Assembly (NCBI GenBank): GCA_964609585.1
Contig: CAZSRA010000001.1
Coordinates: forward strand, 220,697-284,696
DNA length: 64,000 nucleotides
Origin: an uncultured Candidatus Saccharimonadales bacterium
GTDB lineage: Bacteria > Patescibacteriota > Saccharimonadia > UBA4664
Reading direction: 5' to 3'
A program made the translations under genes and the position numbers. Numbering within the stretch: position 1 is the first letter of the stretch; each line of letters opens with the position of its first letter. The notes below the pieces were generated by a model. The model did no database searches. It was not told where the DNA came from and saw only the letters and a list, made by a program, of their open reading frames with translations. Below, one piece after another: positions 47,874-56,792 of this stretch.

Positions 47874-48371
47874 ATGAATGCAAGCGATCTTGATTTCGAA
47901 CATATTAAACCGATTGATCTTAACAGGGAAGCTTTGAAAGAGGGATCGAAGGCAACTCCGCTTTCTGCCCTAATCTGGGCAATCGCTTCGGGTGATTTAA
48001 TTACCGTCGAAGCGCAGGTTGCCGATGATATCGAATGGGGCCTTATGCCTTACAACAAGGTACTTAAAGGCAAGGACGAAGTTATGCCGTGGTTTAAGGC
48101 AGCGGTGGCGGACAAGAAAACACCCCTTATGATCACTAACGCTTTGGCTGGTGATTGGGGCGTGTTGGAATACTGGAATATCGGTACTGTGAGCGAAGAG
48201 GTTATTAAGTTTGGAAATGAACAAAAATGGCCTTGGCCAAAGAATCCGGAAAGCTTCCTTGGGCAAAAATACAAGGTTGCTCAGTGTTTTGTCTATCATC
48301 TCAACTCGGAAAGAAAGATTGACTTGATGAGGCAGTATTTGGATACAGGTAGCGTATGGGCGCAGCTTTAG
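47874..48371 (+). CDS. SnoaL/NTF2-like fold protein
   Basis: About 165 aa with an alpha+beta cone-like pattern; sits in an AT-rich islet divergently paired with TetR. The call rests on family resemblance and is weak. Confidence 0.35.
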   Translation: MNASDLDFEHIKPIDLNREALKEGSKATPLSALIWAIASGDLITVEAQVADDIEWGLMPYNKVLKGKDEVMPWFKAAVADKKTPLMITNALAGDWGVLEYWNIGTVSEEVIKFGNEQKWPWPKNPESFLGQKYKVAQCFVYHLNSERKIDLMRQYLDTGSVWAQL

Positions 48372-48498
48372 CCGCGAAATAAGAGTTTCCTTGCAGTGCA
48401 ACAACCCGGGGCACGATTGCTTCCCGGGTTGTTGTTGCTCGGTGAATGAAAAATGCGAACATAGACCGAAAATAAAACCTGTAGTATGCTAGAGTCTT

Positions 48499-50013
48499 AT
48501 GGATCAGGCATTGGCGCTCGAAATCATGCTCTCGGGCGAAAGTGTATTGCTCACCGGTCCGGCAGGTTCGGGTAAAACGTATGTGCTGGGGGAGTTTATT
48601 CGGCGAGCGAAACGTGAGGGAAAGACGGTCGCCGTGACGGCTACAACGGGTCTTGCGGCGAGTCATTTGGGCGGATCGACGATTCACGCTTGGGCGGGAA
48701 TTGGCATTGCGGATGAGCTTCCAAAGGGCTATGTAGCGAATTTGAGCAAGTCGCGGCATGACATCATAACAAAGACGGATGTGCTGATTATTGACGAGAT
48801 TTCAATGCTGCATGATTTTCGGCTTGATATGGTGAACGAGGCGGCGAAAATGGTGCGCAAAAGCAGTGAACCGTTTGGCGGGTTGCAGGTGATTTTATGC
48901 GGCGATTTCTTCCAGCTGCCGCCGGTGAACCGGAGCGATGCGCGGGCAGGCGGGTTTGTGACGGAGTCGCCGGCATGGCGGGAATTGGACCCAGTAATTT
49001 GCCAGCTGCACGAACAGCACCGGCAAGACGACGAAGATTTTTTGACGGTTTTGAATGCTTTGCGGGCGGGTGATGTGCGAAGAGCTCACGCTGAGGCACT
49101 ACTAGGCCGCATTGACGCTCCCCTATCTGGCGTCGTAACAGAGCTTCACACAACGAATGTGGATGTAGATCGTATAAATGAAGCCGCACTGGAAACGATT
49201 GTTGGTGAAGAGCACGTGTACGATATGACTACGACGGGTAAAGAAAATTATGTGGAGTCACTGAAACGCTCATGCTTGGCGCCGGAGCGGTTGGTGCTCA
49301 AGGTGGGTGCGTTGGTGATGTGTATTAAGAATGCGCAGGATCGTAAGTATGCGAATGGATCGCTTGGGGTAGTTAAGGAGTTTGACGAAGTTAGTGGCTA
49401 TCCAGTGGTGGAGCTGCGGAGTGGTCGGACACTGGAGATCCTGCCGGATATGTGGGAGCTGCGCGATGGAGACAAAAAACGAGCGTCGCTTACTCAGCTG
49501 CCATTGCGACTGGCTTGGGCTATTACGGTACATAAAAGCCAGGGCATGACCCTTGATGCTGCTCGCATTGATTTGCGAAGGGCATTTGTGCCAGGCATGG
49601 GATACGTAGCATTGAGTCGTGTGCGCAGTCTGGCGAATTTGAGTTTGGTGGGAATCAATAAGATGGCGCTGGAAGTGAGTGCTGAGGCGCTTGCTATGGA
49701 CGATGTTCTTTCTGCCAAAGCTAAGGTTGACGCTGAGCGGTTTGCCTACCTCGCTCAGCGAGCCGCAGAGCGAGCAGATAGACCCGAGACGCCGAGTAAG
49801 GATAAAAGTTGGTCGAGCAAGATCGAGATAATGCGGCAGAACTATCCGAATGCTTTTCGACCTTGGCCGGCCGCGGATGACGACAAGCTACGAGAACTGT
49901 TTGAGCAAGGAGTGGGTCTTGAGGCATTGAGTGATCAGTTTGGGCGCCATCCGGGCTCGATTCGGTCGCGATTGAAGAAACATTTTGGTGAAGACGTGGT
50001 GGTAGCGGATTGA
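48499..50013 (+). CDS. PIF1/RecD-family 5'-3' DNA helicase with C-terminal helix-turn-helix extension
   Basis: Walker A GPAGSGKTY and motif II LIIDEISM; C-terminal UvrD_C_2-like ITVHKSQGMTLD; extra C-terminal region of about 90 aa ending LSDQFGRHPGSIRSRLKKH. Confidence 0.75.
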   Translation: MDQALALEIMLSGESVLLTGPAGSGKTYVLGEFIRRAKREGKTVAVTATTGLAASHLGGSTIHAWAGIGIADELPKGYVANLSKSRHDIITKTDVLIIDEISMLHDFRLDMVNEAAKMVRKSSEPFGGLQVILCGDFFQLPPVNRSDARAGGFVTESPAWRELDPVICQLHEQHRQDDEDFLTVLNALRAGDVRRAHAEALLGRIDAPLSGVVTELHTTNVDVDRINEAALETIVGEEHVYDMTTTGKENYVESLKRSCLAPERLVLKVGALVMCIKNAQDRKYANGSLGVVKEFDEVSGYPVVELRSGRTLEILPDMWELRDGDKKRASLTQLPLRLAWAITVHKSQGMTLDAARIDLRRAFVPGMGYVALSRVRSLANLSLVGINKMALEVSAEALAMDDVLSAKAKVDAERFAYLAQRAAERADRPETPSKDKSWSSKIEIMRQNYPNAFRPWPAADDDKLRELFEQGVGLEALSDQFGRHPGSIRSRLKKHFGEDVVVAD

Positions 50014-50020
50014 ATGTCCG

Positions 50021-51316
50021 CTATTCGTAGCGTAGTGAGTCGATCGGATTTTGACGAGCAGCACGAATGGCGGGTAGGGTGCCAGCGACGAAGGCGATAG
50101 CCATGACGATACCAATAATAACCGCAACAGATGCCGGCGAGAAGGTAAGTAGTTGAAGGCCGGTGAGGTCTTTTAGGAACGTGTTGAGCACGATTCGGTT
50201 AATGATGTGGCCGACACCAATGGCTACGACCGACCCGATGAAGCTACCCCAAAACCCGAGCATGACGGCTTCACCGCTGAAGAGTAAGAAGATTTTGCTA
50301 CCACTCATGCCCATGGCTTTCATAAGGCCAATTTCTTTGGTGCGTTCTTGCACGCTCATAAGCAAGGTATTAATGATGCCAAAGCTCGCAGCGAGTAAAG
50401 CGATGACAGCAAAGCCATTGAGTACAGCGATGATGCCAGCGATGACAGTTTTAAACGTGCCGATTTGGTCATCGATGGTGGTGCCGGTGTAGCCAGCAGC
50501 TTTCAAGCGATCTTTAAGGGCTTTGATCTGGTCGTCGGGCAGGGTGGAGTCAAAGTGAGCGGAGGCAAGAGGAAAAGTGTTGGTGGCTGTCGCGGGAAGG
50601 CCTACATTTTGGACTTGGTGAATTTTTGCGACGAGGGAGGTATTCATAATAATGGCTCCCCCACCGAGTAAGCTTTTTTGCTCAACAGCGACAATGGTGG
50701 CTGCAATTTCTGATTGGTGTCCCAGTGCGTTTGTAACACCGAGCCGCGCCGTTTTGCCAATAGCGTCTTGTGAGCTCGAGTAGCCTAGGCTTGTGACATA
50801 TGAGATTGGGATCATGGCTTGAAATTCGGTTGTATTGTTGGAAAGCGATGCGCCCGCATCGAGACTAAAGTTTTCGCCTTCAATGAATCCGTCGAGTGAG
50901 CCGGCGTATTTGTCGCTGGATTTGCCGGAGATGTAGTCGATGGAGCCACCGAGAAAGGCGTCGACCGACTTAATGCCTTTGATGGCTCTGATTTTGGGGA
51001 GATCTTCATTGGTAAGGACGGCAACACTGCGATTGCCCTCGCTGGCAATAGCGCTGGTACGTTTGGCCGGATCATATTTTTTAGGTTGATCACTGGTGGG
51101 GCCACTAGATGTATTGGTAGCCTGAATAATCATGACGTCCTTGGCACCGAGGTTGCCGAGTTGTTTATCGATATAGCTTGAGATACCGGCGCCGAGGCCG
51201 TTGGTGAGGGTTAGGGTAAAAGCGCCGATGAAAATAGCAACAACCGTGAGAGTGGTACGGAGTTTGCTGCGGAACATATTGGAGCTAGCGGTTGCAACGA
51301 TGTCGAGGAATTTCAT
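50021..51316 (-). CDS. ABC transporter permease, FtsX/MacB-type
   Basis: One TM helix, a large periplasmic domain, then the FtsX 3-TM module. Paralogous to 41810..43240. Confidence 0.75.
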   Translation of the reverse strand: MKFLDIVATASSNMFRSKLRTTLTVVAIFIGAFTLTLTNGLGAGISSYIDKQLGNLGAKDVMIIQATNTSSGPTSDQPKKYDPAKRTSAIASEGNRSVAVLTNEDLPKIRAIKGIKSVDAFLGGSIDYISGKSSDKYAGSLDGFIEGENFSLDAGASLSNNTTEFQAMIPISYVTSLGYSSSQDAIGKTARLGVTNALGHQSEIAATIVAVEQKSLLGGGAIIMNTSLVAKIHQVQNVGLPATATNTFPLASAHFDSTLPDDQIKALKDRLKAAGYTGTTIDDQIGTFKTVIAGIIAVLNGFAVIALLAASFGIINTLLMSVQERTKEIGLMKAMGMSGSKIFLLFSGEAVMLGFWGSFIGSVVAIGVGHIINRIVLNTFLKDLTGLQLLTFSPASVAVIIGIVMAIAFVAGTLPAIRAARQNPIDSLRYE

Positions 51317-52044
51317 AGCGTGCGGGCCTTTCTGCCAGTCGTTTGTACGATGTGGCCGTCTTTCAGGTGAATTTGGCGGTCGCAGCGGACGGCAAGTTCG
51401 GGGTCGTGGGTGACAATAATGAGTGTAATGCCGTGTTTTTCGTTTAGGTCAAAGAGGAGTTTTTCGATGAGGGCGCCAGTTGTAGAATCCAGATTGCCGG
51501 TGGGTTCGTCGGCGAAAATGACGGAGGGCTTGTTTACGAGCGCGCGGGCGATGACGACGCGTTGTTTTTGTCCGCCGCTCAAATCTTTGGCGCGGCTGCT
51601 TGCTTTATCGTCAAGTTCTACCTGTTCTAGGGCTGCCATCGCTAGGTTTTTTCGTTTGGTTCGATTTAGGCCGGCAATTTTGAGCGGCAAAAGAACATTC
51701 TCTAGTACGCTGGCGTTGCCGTTTAAGAAGAATTGCTGGAACACGAAGCCAAATTTTTGATTGCGCAAAGTATTGAGACGACTGCCTTTGAGCTGAGTTG
51801 AATCCTGGCCGTCGATCGTAATAGCGCCGGAGCTGGGCTTGTCGAGCAGGGCCAGTAGGTGCATGAGGGTGCTTTTGCCCGAGCCACTTTTGCCGATAAT
51901 AGCGACTTTTTCACCCTTTTGGATGTCGACCGAGACGCCCCCAAGGGCGGTGAATTGGTTGTCGCCCTTGCCGTAGGTTTTTACGACGTCACGAGCTTGC
52001 AATGCGATTGTGGGTTTCATAGTTTTGAGTGTAGCACGAAACAT
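51313..52044 (-). CDS. ABC transporter ATP-binding protein, MacB/LolD-like
   Basis: Walker A GKSGSGKST, signature LSGGQKQRVVIARAL, Walker B IFADEPT. Confidence 0.85.
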   Translation of the reverse strand: MFRATLKTMKPTIALQARDVVKTYGKGDNQFTALGGVSVDIQKGEKVAIIGKSGSGKSTLMHLLALLDKPSSGAITIDGQDSTQLKGSRLNTLRNQKFGFVFQQFFLNGNASVLENVLLPLKIAGLNRTKRKNLAMAALEQVELDDKASSRAKDLSGGQKQRVVIARALVNKPSVIFADEPTGNLDSTTGALIEKLLFDLNEKHGITLIIVTHDPELAVRCDRQIHLKDGHIVQTTGRKARTL

Positions 52045-52092
52045 AATCAGACGGGATGGCGTCTACTGGAACGTAACCGGTATAATAGGCTT

Positions 52093-52809
52093 ATGGAAGC
52101 AAGTCAGGTGCATGCGAATACGAATAAGAGCCTCATGGACCGAATTGCGGAGGATCCGGATATTATTAACCGGAGCCTTGCAGATACTGGAGCAGCGCCG
52201 GTTGCCGTAAAACCGGTAGAGAAGCCCATTGCTGGGTCGATTGGTGGGATGGTGAAGGCGTCGGATAAAATGGGCAATTTGAACTCTGTGCCGCTGGTGA
52301 ATCTGCTCGGGAGTAGGGCGCCGGATGAAGCGCCGCTTCCTGCTGAGGTTTCCCCCTCGGCGAAAAATCACTGGCGGGGACGCCTGGTATTTTTGGGTGT
52401 GGGTTTGCTCGTGACTGGAGGGGCGGCCAGCGGTTGGGTGTGGTTGCGATTACATCAGCCCGTGAAGCCCGTAACTCCGTTAGTACGAGTAACACCTACG
52501 GCTAGTCCGCTGCCTACCGTTCGTCCGACGGCGACATCGACCCCTGAGCCTACACCAACCATAGCTCCAGCTCCACAGGAGGTGACGGCACCGGCGACTA
52601 CGCCGACGACTGATCACCCGCAGACTGTAGTGGTGAGGTCGGCGAGTGGGCTGTGGCTGCGGAGTACACCAAATAGCAGCAGTAAGGCAAACATTATTGG
52701 TTGGATGCCCAACGGTGCACAGGTAAGTGTTGATCAGGTGGGCGACTTTTGGTGGCATGGAACGTATGGCGGTAAAGTGGGTTACTTTGCCGTGAACTAT
52801 ACCCGGTAA
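52093..52809 (+). CDS. membrane protein with C-terminal bacterial SH3 (SH3b) domain
   Basis: TM helix LVFLGVGLLVTGGAASGWVWL, a Pro/Thr linker, and a C-terminal VVVRSASGLWLRSTPNSSSKANIIGWMPNGAQVSV...GYFAVNY SH3b-like domain. The start is taken at MEASQVH; TATAAT sits 7 nt upstream. Confidence 0.5.
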   Translation: MEASQVHANTNKSLMDRIAEDPDIINRSLADTGAAPVAVKPVEKPIAGSIGGMVKASDKMGNLNSVPLVNLLGSRAPDEAPLPAEVSPSAKNHWRGRLVFLGVGLLVTGGAASGWVWLRLHQPVKPVTPLVRVTPTASPLPTVRPTATSTPEPTPTIAPAPQEVTAPATTPTTDHPQTVVVRSASGLWLRSTPNSSSKANIIGWMPNGAQVSVDQVGDFWWHGTYGGKVGYFAVNYTR

Positions 52810-52840
52810 TGTTAGCTGGATACTGCCAAGGAGAGATATA

Positions 52841-53080
52841 CTACGAGTCGTAATCTGATTCGTAGTCGTCGAAATCAGCGAAATCGAGTCGTTCGTAGTA
52901 GACGGGTCCACGAGTACCAATTTGGTGGCGCTCGACGATTTCGTCGGCCGTTTCGGGGTCGAAGCCAAGCTTCGTGATGGCTCTGGCTTTTTTGGCAAGA
53001 TCCATATCCGAAAATAGAATGGCCTCGAGGCTTTGCTCCGTTTCTAAAATGGTGCGCTTACTCATGTTTTTGCCCTCCAC
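52841..53080 (-). CDS. small acidic hypothetical protein
   Basis: 79 aa with a very acidic C-terminus (DFADFDDYESDYDS). Confidence 0.35.
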   Translation of the reverse strand: MEGKNMSKRTILETEQSLEAILFSDMDLAKKARAITKLGFDPETADEIVERHQIGTRGPVYYERLDFADFDDYESDYDS

Positions 53081-53160
53081 ACTTAACTAATTCCAGCATA
53101 GGCGGCAATGTGACCTAGGTGCACTGGTTAATCGTCTAAATAGTTTATAGTGAGTGAGCG

Positions 53161-54357
53161 ATGAGTTATGTGTTGTCACAAGATCAAGCGGCGGCATTGA
53201 AGCAGATTGGGGCTTGGTACCGAGCAAAATCGGCGCCATATTTGACGCTGGGTGGATATGCGGGGACGGGTAAAACGACGTTGATTGCCTATTTGCGTCA
53301 GGCTTTGGGGGATTTTGACGAAGCGGCGACGGTGGGATTTTGTGCTTATACCGGTAAAGCGACCAGGGTGTTGCAAGAGAAGCTGCGTGAACGCCGTGCG
53401 ATGCGAAAGGGTGATTCAGTGTCGACAATTCATAGTTTGATTTATACGACGGAGGAGGGTGCTGGTGGGATGCCAAAATGGGTGCGCAAAGAAACGCTGG
53501 AGCGGAGTCTGCTCATCGTAGATGAGGCGAGCATGGTGGACGAGGCAATTTGGCAAGATTTGCTTTCGTTTGGAATCCCGATTTTGGCCGTGGGCGATCA
53601 TGGTCAGTTGCCACCGGTAGGGTCGAGTTTTAATTTGATGGCGAGTCCACAGGTGCGGTTGGAGCGGATTTTTCGGCAAGAAGCGGACTCGGCGATTATT
53701 GGGGTGGCGACGCTCGCACGGGAAACGGGGGTACTGCCGGTGGGCGAATTTGGTGCGGGGGTGCGCAAGCTTGACCGTACATTGCCGGAGACGGGGTTGA
53801 TGGTGCAGGAGCAGCTGGAAAGCTGGCGGCCAGATTTACTTATTTTATGCGGATATAACGCGACGCGAGTGAAGCTTAACGGCGCGATCCGAGGGATGCG
53901 GGATATGGTCTCTGCTGAGCCGCAATCGGGTGATCAAGTGGTATGTTTGCGTAACAATCGAGGCAAGCATATTTTTAATGGAATGATTGGCAGGATTGTG
54001 CGGGTGGTGCCGGCGCTAGGCGAGGATGGCGTGACATGGTACGAGGCGGAGATTGCGCTGGAGGGTGAGGATTATACCTATTCCGGGTATATTCTGCGCG
54101 AGCAATTTGGGGCGGCTACGACGGCGCGCGATGTACCACTGGCACCGAACGGTGAGCGTGGGGATTTGTGGGATTTCGGGTACGCACTGACGGTGCATAA
54201 GGCGCAGGGGTCGCAGGCCGAGCGAGTCCTGCTGTTTGAGGAGCGGTTCGGGCGATCGAGTGATGAAGACTGGCGAAGATGGTTGTATACGGCGGTGACG
54301 CGGGCCGCGGTGGAGCTGACGATTGTGGGGCCGGACACGAGTTTGCCAAAATCGTGA
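53161..54357 (+). CDS. RecD/PIF1-like DNA helicase (AAA_30 + UvrD_C_2), short form
   Basis: Walker A GYAGTGKTT, motif II LIVDEASMV, and C-terminal LTVHKAQGSQAERV. Confidence 0.7.
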   Translation: MSYVLSQDQAAALKQIGAWYRAKSAPYLTLGGYAGTGKTTLIAYLRQALGDFDEAATVGFCAYTGKATRVLQEKLRERRAMRKGDSVSTIHSLIYTTEEGAGGMPKWVRKETLERSLLIVDEASMVDEAIWQDLLSFGIPILAVGDHGQLPPVGSSFNLMASPQVRLERIFRQEADSAIIGVATLARETGVLPVGEFGAGVRKLDRTLPETGLMVQEQLESWRPDLLILCGYNATRVKLNGAIRGMRDMVSAEPQSGDQVVCLRNNRGKHIFNGMIGRIVRVVPALGEDGVTWYEAEIALEGEDYTYSGYILREQFGAATTARDVPLAPNGERGDLWDFGYALTVHKAQGSQAERVLLFEERFGRSSDEDWRRWLYTAVTRAAVELTIVGPDTSLPKS

Positions 54358-54417
54358 TGACATTTTGGTTTTTGGTGGTTATGATAAACGCTAACGGTTA
54401 ATCGGAATAGGAAATTT

Positions 54418-54810
54418 ATGGAACCAGTAGAAGACAAGACCACAGTTGATGCAATTTCGCGCCTGATGATTGAGCTGGCGGAAACGCGTGGCAAGATGAA
54501 GACCATTAAAGATGATCTGAAAGATATCGCTGAGCAAAATGATGAGTACCGGGCGCTACAGGAAGAGTTGAAGGAGGTGTCGGAGAAGCGAGCCACGGCT
54601 AAGAAGTTGCTGGAAGCCGACAAAGACTATCAGGTAGTGAACTCCGAGCTTGAAGAGCTGAAGTTTAAGTACAAGGACTTGCAGGAGATTATGAGTCATC
54701 ATTTGGTGACATACTTTAGCGAGAGCGGCGAGACACAGCTCACAACGGCGAACGGAGACGTTTTGCAAGTGGTAGTGAGTGCGAAGCTGGGTAAGGAAGT
54801 GGCGGAGTAG
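54418..54810 (+). CDS. coiled-coil hypothetical protein
   Basis: 130 aa with heptad-like Glu/Lys-rich repeats. Confidence 0.35.
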   Translation: MEPVEDKTTVDAISRLMIELAETRGKMKTIKDDLKDIAEQNDEYRALQEELKEVSEKRATAKKLLEADKDYQVVNSELEELKFKYKDLQEIMSHHLVTYFSESGETQLTTANGDVLQVVVSAKLGKEVAE

Positions 54811-54831
54811 CGCCCTTTTCGAGCTTTAGGG

Positions 54832-55596
54832 CTACACTATTTCTCTTGGGGCTTCATCTAAGAGCTGGCTGAAACGTTCATGGTCTATGTCTGTCGATCC
54901 TTCTCCGATGAGGTCGCTTAGCTCGCTCTCTACGTAGATACCTGGCGCTGTACCCCACTGGATCGCTAGAGATAGATGGGGATCAACGCCGGACGGCTGT
55001 TGATTTTTAATAAGCTTGTTTACGAGAGATTCACTTATTGCGTACCCTAAAGCTTCCATAGCGGCATTATTATCGGGAGGGGTGTCTGGGGTTGGGTGCA
55101 AGTGCTGGGCTAAAGTGACATCTACCTCTAGGTCGCTAAATGCTTCATCGGAATGGGCAGCAGTCATCGGTTTTTGAAGAGATCCTCCAAAGAGAGGGTA
55201 TTTTATCCATCTGATTTGAGCAAGGAACGGTTCGCCATGCCAGGAAAATGGTACGCCTTCTTCAGGCAATGAGGGTAGGTGCCTGCGTAATGATCGGTGC
55301 TCTTGTGCCTGCATTTGGTGAGCTACTAGGTGCATAACAGATCGAGCGTCGGCATCCTCATCTTCAATATGGATTTCGGTAACAAGACCACGCCAGGGGG
55401 TTCGGGAAAATCTTTCCCCCTCTTCTGTAGACGGAAGCGTTTCAATGGTGATGTTGCTATCGAAGAGCGCAAATAAGTCCGGGATGGGTTGGTGATCAGG
55501 AGAATTTGATGCTTCGTCGGCAATAGCTGCGATTTCTTTGGCCCAGTTTTGGGATGATTCTGATTGGTTGGGGATATTTTCGGGTATTTCAGCCAT
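54832..55596 (-). CDS. hypothetical acidic protein
   Basis: 254-aa ORF with no recognisable motif. Confidence 0.35.
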   Translation of the reverse strand: MAEIPENIPNQSESSQNWAKEIAAIADEASNSPDHQPIPDLFALFDSNITIETLPSTEEGERFSRTPWRGLVTEIHIEDEDADARSVMHLVAHQMQAQEHRSLRRHLPSLPEEGVPFSWHGEPFLAQIRWIKYPLFGGSLQKPMTAAHSDEAFSDLEVDVTLAQHLHPTPDTPPDNNAAMEALGYAISESLVNKLIKNQQPSGVDPHLSLAIQWGTAPGIYVESELSDLIGEGSTDIDHERFSQLLDEAPREIV

Positions 55597-55649
55597 AATG
55601 ATCGGTTTGTTGGTGTGATGAGTGTATTATAGTTCTTTTATGGATTTTT

Positions 55650-56243
55650 TTATTTGTTGCCGGCGGTTTGTTTGATGTCGGTTGACGTGTCGACATTGCA
55701 GCCTGCCCAGAGGCCGCGGTTGTTATTGCGGGCGTCGGCTTCGAGGGTGCGGAACTCGTCGAGTTTGGTGAAGGGAAAGATGGTGTAGGCGAAGGCATAG
55801 CCGTCGCGGATGAGATCAGCGTTTACAAGGGTGCCGTCGGGCAAGTAGACGTAACGCAGGAGGCGATGGTATTTGTCGCGGTCGGAGTCGGCTGGGTCGG
55901 GCTCAAGGCGGACGTTTTTACCTTCGAGGAGGGATTTGGTGTGGGCGGCGGCGATTTCGCCAAAGCATTGGACGGGTTTGCGGGGGTCATGGGTTTCGGG
56001 TGTGTCGAGTCCGATGAAGCGGACGGTTTCGTTTTGGCCGGCAATTTGGACGTTGATTGTGTCGCCGTCGACGTCTCGGGTAACGTGGGCAAGTCCGGGT
56101 TGGGCAGATTGTAATGCTTGTTGAGCGGCAGGTGGGGCGAAGCGCAGAAAACTCGCAAGGGCGATAGCGATAGCTCCGAGACTGACACCGGCGACGCGCT
56201 TTCGTCGGCGGTGCTGTCGTGAGTGTGACTTCGGTGTTTCCAT
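55650..56243 (-). CDS. secreted thermonuclease (staphylococcal-nuclease/SNase fold)
   Basis: DGDTINV...RFIGLDTPE...RLLRYVY...ADLIRDGYA matches the SNase catalytic signature. N-terminal signal anchor. Start at METPKS (ATG 56243) has a GGAGG RBS; the longer ORF to 56315 lacks one. Confidence 0.7.
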   Translation of the reverse strand: METPKSHSRQHRRRKRVAGVSLGAIAIALASFLRFAPPAAQQALQSAQPGLAHVTRDVDGDTINVQIAGQNETVRFIGLDTPETHDPRKPVQCFGEIAAAHTKSLLEGKNVRLEPDPADSDRDKYHRLLRYVYLPDGTLVNADLIRDGYAFAYTIFPFTKLDEFRTLEADARNNNRGLWAGCNVDTSTDIKQTAGNK

Positions 56244-56387
56244 GTGCGAGTTATCCTCCCATACAAAAGCTGTCATTTCAACGGGAGAATAGGATTGAAT
56301 CCTGGCTGATGGCATATTATGATGGTTCGGTTACTTTAGTATGTAAAAGATTGTTTTTTAGAACAATGAGAAGGTTGGCTTACAGCG

Positions 56388-56792
56388 ATGCGAGAGTTTG
56401 GTAAGGCGATTAGCTACGAAAAACGAGCCGATATCACAAGGGCTGCTATGGTGGTGTTTAATGCTACTCCGAATCGGAAGCTGGCACGGGCGAGTGAATT
56501 TGAACTCGATGTGGCGGATGATCCGGTGGTGGTATATATCGCGGATGTGCGTTGGAAGGAAGGCCGGCTGAGGATTGCGGTAACGACCCAGGAGGCGCAA
56601 CCTTCATTTGAATGGCAGGTTGAGATTACCTCAAATGTGGACGAGACGGACTATTTCAAGCATTATTTGATTTTGGATGAGCAGGTGGTTTTGGCTCAAC
56701 GCAAGGTACTCACGCCGATCGACGAGGAGGAAGCAGCGGTAATTTTAGCGGATCTTGCAAAAGCTGAAGCGGTGCTTGACGCTAAGAAGTAG
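56388..56792 (+). CDS. hypothetical protein
   Basis: 134-aa ORF with no recognisable domain. Confidence 0.3.
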   Translation: MREFGKAISYEKRADITRAAMVVFNATPNRKLARASEFELDVADDPVVVYIADVRWKEGRLRIAVTTQEAQPSFEWQVEITSNVDETDYFKHYLILDEQVVLAQRKVLTPIDEEEAAVILADLAKAEAVLDAKK

